Shown piece after piece: positions 56,507 through 64,000 of a stretch of 64,000 nucleotides of DNA. The notes beneath the pieces are model-generated. The model was not told the DNA's origin, searched no databases, and saw nothing but the letters and a program-made list of their open reading frames with translations. Source of the stretch: Planktothrix sp. GU0601_MAG3 (GTDB taxonomy: Bacteria; Cyanobacteriota; Cyanobacteriia; Cyanobacteriales; Microcoleaceae); assembly GCA_035193785.1 (NCBI GenBank), contig CP136572.1:96001-160000 (forward strand), read 5' to 3'. Made by a program: the position numbers and the translations under genes. Each line of letters begins with the position of its first letter. The stretch's first letter is position 1.

Positions 56507-57836
56507 ATGCAAATCCAGAATCCCTCTGAAGTTCGTGCGATCGCCAAGGAAGCTTATATCTACGGCTTCCCAATGGTGGACAGCTACCGCATCCAATACG
56601 CCTACTTTGTGGATCAAAAGAATCCTGAATATAAAGCACCCTGGAACCAAATTCGCAATATTGCCCGTGTGTTCACCCCGGAGGATAAGGCAGTCCAGAC
56701 GCCCAACTCAGACACGCCTTACTCAATGCTCGGTTTAGATCTGCGGACAGAACCGATCGTACTAACTGTACCTGCGATCGAACAGGAGCGCTATTTCAGC
56801 ATCCAACTGATCGATCTTTACACCTTTAATTTTGACTACATTGGAAGCCGCGCTACGGGTAATGAAGGAGGTAGTTTCCTGCTCACTGCACCCAACTGGC
56901 AAGGTGAGATCCCCAAGGGCATTAAAAAAGTGATCCGGTCGGAAACTGAGTTAGCGATCGCAGCCTATCGCACCCAGCTTTTCAACCCTGACGATCTCGA
57001 TCAAGTCAAACAAATTCAGGCGGGATATCAGGCACAGCCACTCTCCGTCTTCCTGGGACAGTCGGCACCGGAAACTGCACCGACCATTGATTTCATTAAA
57101 CCCCTTACCCCCGACGAGCAACGGACATCCCTCGACGTTTTCAACATCCTGAACTTCCTATTACAGTTTTGTCCTACCAATCCCTCAGAGCAAGAAACTC
57201 ATGGCTCGGTTTGCCCAGATTGGTGTGGGTGCGGGAATGACTTTTGACCCAGATTCCCTCTCCCCCGATCTCAAGACGGCGATTGAGCAAGGAATTGCCG
57301 ATGCTTGGGCAGAATTCGCGGACTTGAAGCAACGCATTGATGCCAAGGAAGTCACCTCTGGCGATCTGTTCGGCACCAGGGAATATCTCAAGAATAATTA
57401 CCTCTACCGCATGGCGGCGGCTGTCGTTGGCATCTATGGGAATTCTAAGCAGGAAGCCATGTATCCCATCTATTCGGTCGATAGCGACGGCCAGGTACCC
57501 GATGGATCTCACCGTTATACCCTTTACCTTGCACCCGGACAATTGCCTCCCGTCCATGCCTTCTGGTCGCTAACCCTGTATGAACTCCCCTCCAGCCTAC
57601 TGGTTGCTAATCCACTCAACCGCTATCTCCTCAATTCTCGGATGATGCCTCAATTTAAGCGCGATCCGAAGGGGGGCATCACCTTTTATATCCAAAACGA
57701 GTCACCGGGCGCAGATCAAGAAGCGAACTGGCTACCCGCTCCCAAGGGATCATTCTTTTGCGTCATGCGCTTGTATTGGCCTAAGCCTGAAGCCCTTGAA
57801 GGAACATGGCAACAGCCGCCCATGCAGCGAGTCTAA
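56507..57836 (+). CDS. DUF1254/DUF1214 domain protein, frameshift near 57196
   Basis: AKEAYIYGFP, TPNSDTPYS, LPPVHAFWSLTLY, NWLPAP, MRLYWP. Confidence 0.9.
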
Positions 57837-57842
57837 GATTTT

Positions 57843-58186
57843 CAGGACTTACGCAAGCAAGCCCTATATAGCGTGTCAAAAGTGGGCGATCTCCCTAAAA
57901 AGTCCTAATTATTTATTTTCCCCCCCATGTTGGGGGCTAGGGGGCTAGATAGCTTGAAATGTATACTGTTTAGGATGCTAAGGTGATGAAGGATTGAGCA
58001 GCAGTTTTAGAGACTATTTCTCAAGCAGCAATATTTGCCCCCTAAATCCCCCAAAATTGGGGGACTTTAAGAGGTTTTCCGGTTAAAGCGATCTCGTTTG
58101 AGTTACGAGCGCGATGGCAGTACCGCCGCCTGTCGGCATCGCTAACTTATTAGTACGCTACATATAGCGTAACTGCGTAAGTCCTG
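57843..58186. mobile_element. 344-bp MITE with the same 13-bp TIRs and 5-bp target-site duplication
   Basis: CAGGACTTACGCA...TGCGTAAGTCCTG flanked by ATTTT/ATTTT; internal CCCC/GGGG palindromes. Confidence 0.85.
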
Positions 58187-58315
58187 ATTTTCTTGTCAAG
58201 GTCGTTATGCAGATGAAGTGATGCAACTCTTGGCGAAACAAAAACGACAGCAAAAACCCGTTGGATTTGGTAAGAATTAGGTGGGTAAGCACATCGCACC
58301 CACCCAACGCAGAAA

Positions 58316-58903
58316 TTACCAACCAAAAGCCGAATAAAATTGACTATCCTCTGGGGTAGATTCCGATACAGTTTCGGTATCAGGATTAACTCGGATTTCT
58401 GTACAAAAGGTGGAGGTATTGAACCCACCAAACCGCTTAACTGCACTGGTTCGCATCCGAACATCCGAACCCATAAACCAGAAACGCTCAATCGCACTCA
58501 TGGTTTCATATTCCGTAATTAAAATCAAAGCATCGTCCTCATCCATCTCAAATTGACCCGCCACGGGCATAATTTCCGCATAACCCCGTTCTCGCAACAT
58601 TTGACCTTTCCGGGGGTTTTCCGGGTCGGGAATAATAGCAAATACCGTTTCTCCCTTATGGTTTTCATCATCCTTATCCCAGGCCATTTCTCCCGCCCAG
58701 GTAACATAGGCCCCCCCGGCGGACAAACTGGGGTCAACATTGTGCATCTGGCAAATTTCTATCACTCTGGGATCATCTGCATCTAAACTGGTGACTTGAA
58801 TATCTGAAAAGCCTTTTTCCGCTTGTCTAAAGGCTAAATGGTGGGTTGTCCGTTGCGATCGCCAAGTTCCAGCACTTTTCCGAAAAAATTCTATTGCATC
58901 CAT
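58316..58903 (-). CDS. cpcS: CpcS/CpeS-type phycobiliprotein lyase
   Basis: FFRKSAGTWRSQRTTHHLAF, LRERGYAE, ERFWF, TFCTEIR. Confidence 0.9.
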   Translation of the reverse strand: MDAIEFFRKSAGTWRSQRTTHHLAFRQAEKGFSDIQVTSLDADDPRVIEICQMHNVDPSLSAGGAYVTWAGEMAWDKDDENHKGETVFAIIPDPENPRKGQMLRERGYAEIMPVAGQFEMDEDDALILITEYETMSAIERFWFMGSDVRMRTSAVKRFGGFNTSTFCTEIRVNPDTETVSESTPEDSQFYSAFGW

Positions 58904-59039
58904 CGCGATTAAAATTCCTTGACTGACTATAGATTTATGGGTTCGACCCTTTATCATAAGTTGATTCTGAGTCCATTTTTAATTTCTGTAACAGAGATTA
59001 GTTTAAAAATGTGCATTATGTACAGATTGTCAAGGACTT

Positions 59040-59057
59040 GTTACGATAGTTTACATT
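59040..59057 (+). promoter_or_regulatory. HLR1 (RpaB-type) direct repeat upstream of nblA
   Basis: GTTACGAT-AG-TTTACATT, one mismatch to (G/T)TTACA(T/A)(T/A)-N2 repeat. Confidence 0.65.
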
Positions 59058-59128
59058 TAGTGTGATATAGATACACTTAGTCAGTCCAAATCCCTGATGA
59101 TTTGTACAACTTAGTAGGAGGAGTGAAC

Positions 59129-59297
59129 ATGGAAACGCCCGCAAACCTCAGTCTTGAACAACAATTCAAGTTACAAATTCTACGCGAACAAGTCAAAAAT
59201 CTAAATTTAGAAGAAGCCCAAGACTACCTACTAGAAACTCTTGCGCCAAAGTATGGTTAAAGATAATCTCCTGCGTCAATGGATTAAAAACCCATAA
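59129..59297 (+). CDS. nblA: Phycobilisome degradation protein NblA, one extra base near 59236-59242, absent from the ORF track
   Basis: AGGAGG RBS; METPANLSLEQQFKLQILREQVKNLNLEEAQDYLLE / LRQSMVKDNLLRQWIKNP*. Confidence 0.9.
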
Positions 59298-59334
59298 ATC
59301 AGTTATCAGTCATCAGTTATCAGTTAACAGTTAA

Positions 59335-59437
59335 TAAGCTGTTAAGCAGTTAAACTGTATACTCCAGCCAGTGAGGACACTGGCACTGCAAGGGTTTGAC
59401 AACGACCCCATACCCAATTTAGATACTTAACAGCTTA
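59335..59437. mobile_element. MITE-like element with 12-bp TIR set inside heptamer repeats
   Basis: TAAGCTGTTAAG ... CTTAACAGCTTA perfect inverted repeat. Confidence 0.6.
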
Positions 59438-59697
59438 GTTGACAGTTAATAGTTGACAGTTAATAGTTGACAGTTAATAGTTAACAGTTGAGAGTTGACA
59501 GTTAATAGTTGACAGTTAATAGTCATTATTTCCCGATGATCTATTTGGATGCGTGGGCAGTTTATTGATTAATGTGGAGTTTTGATTTTTTATCCAACCA
59601 CTATGAATCAGTAGCTATAAACTATAAACTGTTAACTCCCAACTGTTAACTGTTAACTGATGACTGATAACTGATAACTGATTTACTGATTTACTGA
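59438..59697. repeat. Degenerate heptamer repeats (GTTGACA/GTTAATA at 59438-59523; ACTGATA/ACTGTTA at ~59615-59697)
   Basis: Read directly, between convergent nblA and pstB. Confidence 0.75.
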
Positions 59698-60516
59698 TTA
59701 ACCAAACCGACCACTAACATATTGTTGAGTGGATTCTTCTTTGGGGTTTTGGAAAATACTTTGGGTATCGTTATACTCCACCAAATAGCCAAAGCGTTTT
59801 CCACCTTCAATGGCTTTAGCATTAAAAAATGCCGTCATATCTGCAACCCTTGTGGCTTGCTGCATATTGTGGGTAACAATAATAATTGTATACTTTTGTT
59901 TGAGTTCGTGGAGTAAATCTTCGACCGATAAAGTCGAAATTGGGTCAAGGGAAGCACAGGGTTCATCCATTAATACTACATCGGGATTAATGGCGATCGC
60001 CCGGGCAATACAAAGCCGTTGTTGTTGACCTCCAGAGAGGGCAAAACCACTTTGACCCAGTTTATCTTTAACCTCATCCCATAATACCGCTTGACGCAGC
60101 GAGCGCTCTACAATTTCATCTAATTCGGCTTTGTTTTTAGCTAATTTATTTACCCGGACTCCGTAGGCAATATTATCATAAATTGACTTAGGAAAGGGGT
60201 TAGGTTTTTGGAATACCATCCCGATACGACGACGAACTTCTACGGGATCAACATTAGGGGCATAGAGATTTTGATTATGATAGAAAATATTACCCTTGAG
60301 TTTGAATCCTTGAACTAAATCATTTAGACGATTAAAACAACGCAGAATTGTACTTTTTCCGCAACCTGACGGCCCAATAAAAGCGGTGATTCTATTTTTA
60401 GGAATGTCTAAACAAACCCCCCGAACTGCCTTAAAATCCCCGTAATATATATCAATATTTTCCGTTTGGATTACCGTTTCCATCTGCGTAGGGTGACAGT
60501 CATAAATACCGGACAT
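59698..60516 (-). CDS. pstB: Phosphate ABC transporter ATPase
   Basis: [48 protein letters not shown] before ATG at 60516. Confidence 0.95.
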   Translation of the reverse strand: MSGIYDCHPTQMETVIQTENIDIYYGDFKAVRGVCLDIPKNRITAFIGPSGCGKSTILRCFNRLNDLVQGFKLKGNIFYHNQNLYAPNVDPVEVRRRIGMVFQKPNPFPKSIYDNIAYGVRVNKLAKNKAELDEIVERSLRQAVLWDEVKDKLGQSGFALSGGQQQRLCIARAIAINPDVVLMDEPCASLDPISTLSVEDLLHELKQKYTIIIVTHNMQQATRVADMTAFFNAKAIEGGKRFGYLVEYNDTQSIFQNPKEESTQQYVSGRFG

Positions 60517-60676
60517 AAAAATTAACTCCTGAAAGTATAGAATATCGGAAAAATCAACATCAAAATAAAGTATTTTATTCAATTAATACTAAATTATGAT
60601 GACCGTTAGATACAGCTAAAAGTCAGACAGAACCAACTAACCCAGAGACAAAAACTCACAGGTTTAAAGTTCAGAC

Positions 60677-61577
60677 TTAAAACTGTTTTTGCCGAGTCGC
60701 AAAACGAGCAATGATGCTAGTTAATAAAACTAAAACCACAATTACTAAAGACGCAGCCCAGGCAAATTCCTGTAAAACTTGATCAAATCCTCGAGCAAAT
60801 TCAAAAACTAAATAGGCTAGGGATGGGAGAGTTTGAGAAAACAGACCTCCCGGCCAATTGTTGGTATAAACCACCGTAAATAATAGAGGTGCCGTTTCCC
60901 CAGCGGCTCGAGCGACGGCTAAGGTAACTCCGGTTAAAATTGCAGGCAAGCAAGCCGGAAGCACTACTTGCAAGACCGTTTGATAATTAGAAGCACCCAC
61001 CCCCACCGAAGCCCAGCGAATCTCCTGGGGAACAATTTGTAACGCTTCATCGGTGGTACGGATAATTGTTGGTAACATCAAAACCGAGAGGGCAATTGCC
61101 CCCGCTAGGACGGAAAACGACCCCATTTTCAAGACAATAAAACTGTAAGCAAACACCCCCGCAATAATAGAAGGAACACCACTTAAAACATTAGTGGTAA
61201 ATCGAATCCAACGGACAACCTGACCATTTCCCCCAAATTCCGAGAGGAAAATAGCCGCTAAAATCCCGAAGGGAAACCGCAATCAAAGTCGCAGTCGAAA
61301 CCACTTGAATCGTGCCTAGAATCGCACTGGCAATGCCTCCAGAGGTTTGTCCCGCCGATGGGGGAAGTTTAGTAAATAAATCTAAATTTAAACGGGCAGA
61401 CCCCTTGATAAAAATATAAGACAAAACCGCAACTAGCGGTATCAAGGTAATCACCATACAAACCGATGCCATCCCGGTCATCAAAAATTCAAAAATATAC
61501 CTGGAACTTTTATTGTTGCGGATTAAACTAAAGTCATTTACTTCAGAATAATTCGGATCTTTTGTCGGATTTGACAT
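60677..61577 (-). CDS. pstA: Phosphate ABC transporter permease PstA, frameshift near 61275
   Basis: LSGVPSII, ARAAGETAPLL. Confidence 0.93.
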
Positions 61578-61646
61578 ACGGAAAAAATACGAAATTTTTC
61601 AAGATTATCAGATTCTCAAAACCAGATTAATTACTCCTGATTCGGA

Positions 61647-62604
61647 TTATTGATATTTTGCCTTAACTTGATTAACAATCCACTCCGCCGCAATATTCAC
61701 CAATAAGGTGAGGGCGAACAAAACTAATCCCGCATACATTAAAGCTGAAACCTGTAAACCTGAAGCTTCCGGGAATTGATTTGCCATCAAAGAGGCAATT
61801 GTATTCGCCGGAGCAAATATGGAAATTTTCAGATTATTAGAGTTCCCAATAATCATTGTAGCTGCCATGGTTTCTCCCATAGCCCGTCCTAGTCCTAACA
61901 TCACTCCCCCGACAATTCCAGAAAAAGCCGCCGGAATTAAAACCCGAAAGATTGTCACCCAACGGGTTGCTCCCAAACCCAAAGAAGCTTGACGTAAATC
62001 AGGCGGTAAACTGGCCAAGGAATCCCGAGAAATTGCTGTGATAATCGGCAGAGTCATCACTGCTAAAACCACCCCGGCGGGAAACAAGCCCGGCCCAGCA
62101 GGAGGGGTACTAAAGAAAGGAATCCAGCCGAAATTTTTATACATGAACACCCCAAAGGGTCTTAAAAAAGGAATTAAAACAAAAATTCCCCAAAGACCAT
62201 AAACCACACTGGGAATCGCGGCTAACAATTCTACCAGAAAGGTTAAGGCGGTGCGAATCGAAGGGGGAATAAAATCTTCACTCAGGAAAATTGCCGTTCC
62301 CACACCCAAAGGCACTGCAAATAATAGGGCAATCAATGAACTCATCAGCGTTCCCGAAATCATGGGAAAGACGCCATATTGGCTAGTAACTGGGTTTCCA
62401 ATCACTGCTGAATAAAAACCCTAAACCAAACTGTTGAATCGCGGGAATTGCTTGTTGAGCAATGGGAAAACCCAGTAATAATAAGACTACAACAACCCCC
62501 CAGGCAAAAATTTGTGTTAGCCAAACAAACCCCTGATCAAGTTTTTTTTCTATTGGGGAACGAGATTGGGGAATTCCGGTTACATTATGATTGGGTATGG
62601 TCAT
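61647..62604 (-). CDS. pstC: Phosphate ABC transporter permease PstC, frameshift near 62400
   Basis: ELLAAIPSVVYGLWG, GRAMGETMA. Confidence 0.93.
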
Positions 62605-62852
62605 ACATTAGTATTGTACATGATTAATCGCTATAATTGAAATTTGAGGTTACTTAATTTTAGCCTTGATCACTATTGGGTAAAATATGAAAATTATCAC
62701 CCTAATGCTGGGGGAAAAGAAGCAATTTAAAGTTTAACCTCAACGGGTTGAAATCTTTCAAATGCCGTCTTTTCCCTTGGTTTTTTAGTTGCGTTCCCTA
62801 AAGGTTCCCTCGTAGCTTACAAGTTGCTAGTTCAGTTACAGGGATAACCCCG

Positions 62853-64000
62853 TTACTCCACTTTAATTGTAAAGTCTGGGCTGATTTGATCGGCTTTTGC
62901 TGCTACTTTTTTGACCACCGCCGGGGGTAGGGGAATATAACCCAGTTGGGGACTGACTTTTTGGCCTTCAGTTAGTCCATATTGAATCATGGCTTCAACG
63001 GACTTAGCTGTTTCTGGTTTATCGTACTTTTGATAAGCCATAATCCAAGAGTAGGTAACAATCGGATAGGATTGGTCGCCTTCAGGATTAGTAATAAAAG
63101 CGCGTAAATTTTCGGGTAATTCTACGGATTCGAGGGTTTTCGCGGCTGATTCATCACTGGGTAGAACAAAATTTCCAGCTTTATTTTGCAAGGCGGCTGT
63201 TTTTAAGTTGGCACTTTTGGCAAAACCAGATTCAACATAACCAATCGCACCAGGAGTTTGACCGATTTGAGCCGTAACCCCCTCATTGCCCTTACCACCA
63301 ATACCTACGGGCCACTGAACGGTTTTACCCTCCCCCACACTATTTTTCCATTCCTCACTCATCGCACTTAAATTTTTAGTGAAAACCCCCGTAGTTCCAC
63401 TACCATCGGAACGATAGATAACTTGAATGGGTAAGTCAGGGAAGGTGACACCCGGATTATCTGTGGCCAGGGCTGGATCATTCCAATTAGCAATTTTACC
63501 TAAAAAGATGTCAATTAGGTTTTGTTGAGATAATTTGACTTCTGCTACGTCGGGGATATTATAAGCTAAAACAATACTTCCGGCGGTCATGGGTAAGAGT
63601 AAAACGCCGTTGGGGACTTTAGCAATTTCTTCATCGGTCATGGCGACATCACTGGCGCCAAATTGAACTAACCCTTGTACAAAACGTTTCTACCCCAGCA
63701 CCACTACCCACGGATTGATAATCAATTTGTAGATTTTTGGTGCCGCCACTAATATCACTGGCCCAGCGTTGATATAAAGGAGCCGGGAATGAAGCCCCCG
63801 CACCGATTAATGCCACGGGTTGTTCTAAACTAATTAATTGGACTGCCCCTGTATTCGGGGTACTGCCCGTTGTGTTATTAGTTGCTGTAGATGTCCCCTC
63901 AGTCCCCGGGGTTGCAGTTGGAGCCGTATTGCTTGTCGTATTACTCCCACCACAAGCGGCTAAACTCAAACTCAAGGCCAAGGCTGAAAATCTAGCTACA
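62853..64000 (-). CDS. pstS: Phosphate-binding lipoprotein PstS, 5' end outside the window, frameshift near 63688
   Basis: LAAC lipobox, GAGASFPAPLY, YQSVGSGAG, RSDGSGTT, GKGNEGV. Confidence 0.94.

Noticed and set aside
54130..57573. Many alternative-frame and antisense ORFs over the sulfatase and DUF1254 genes
   Set aside because: Shadow ORFs expected in GC-richer coding DNA; no recognisable motifs.
48723..58186. Composite transposon bounded by the two CAGGACTTACGCA elements
   Set aside because: Each element has its own different TSD, and the interval contains housekeeping argS.

Overview
Chromosomal window from a filamentous cyanobacterium, probably Oscillatoriales/Planktothrix-like (inferred from many HIP1 GCGATCGC sites, heptamer tandem repeats and genes such as hpsL, cpcS, nblA, ycf51). 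About 29 genes, including normally essential cdsA and ccs1, are split by small indels; those reconstructed are single extra bases in short homopolymers, so they are treated as probable sequencing/assembly errors and merged. In order: Ni/Co ECF transporter (cbiMQO/nikMQO) with an InrS/CsoR-type operator; Orn/Lys/Arg decarboxylase; cbiT; cdsA; a RecQ-PRTase + DprA-like two-gene cassette (candidate defence system); ccs1/ccdA; pentapeptide protein; a divergent phycobiliprotein-like + linker-domain pair; VOC + degenerate large serine recombinase; c-di-GMP enzymes; hpsL; MocR regulator with operator and divergent small protein; yciO; larC; slipin; ycf51; purine catabolism (hpxO-uraH-uraD-guaD); amt1 with an NtcA box next to an Amt-PAS-histidine kinase fusion; a Yfr2-type ncRNA; two-component genes; ssuADCBE; argS; a sulfatase/DUF1254/beta-barrel/DUF202 cassette; cpcS; an nblA missed by the ORF track with an HLR1 site; pstSCAB. 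Intergenic regions hold several MITE/REP families, two with clear 5-bp target-site duplications. No CRISPR array, rRNA or tRNA was seen.
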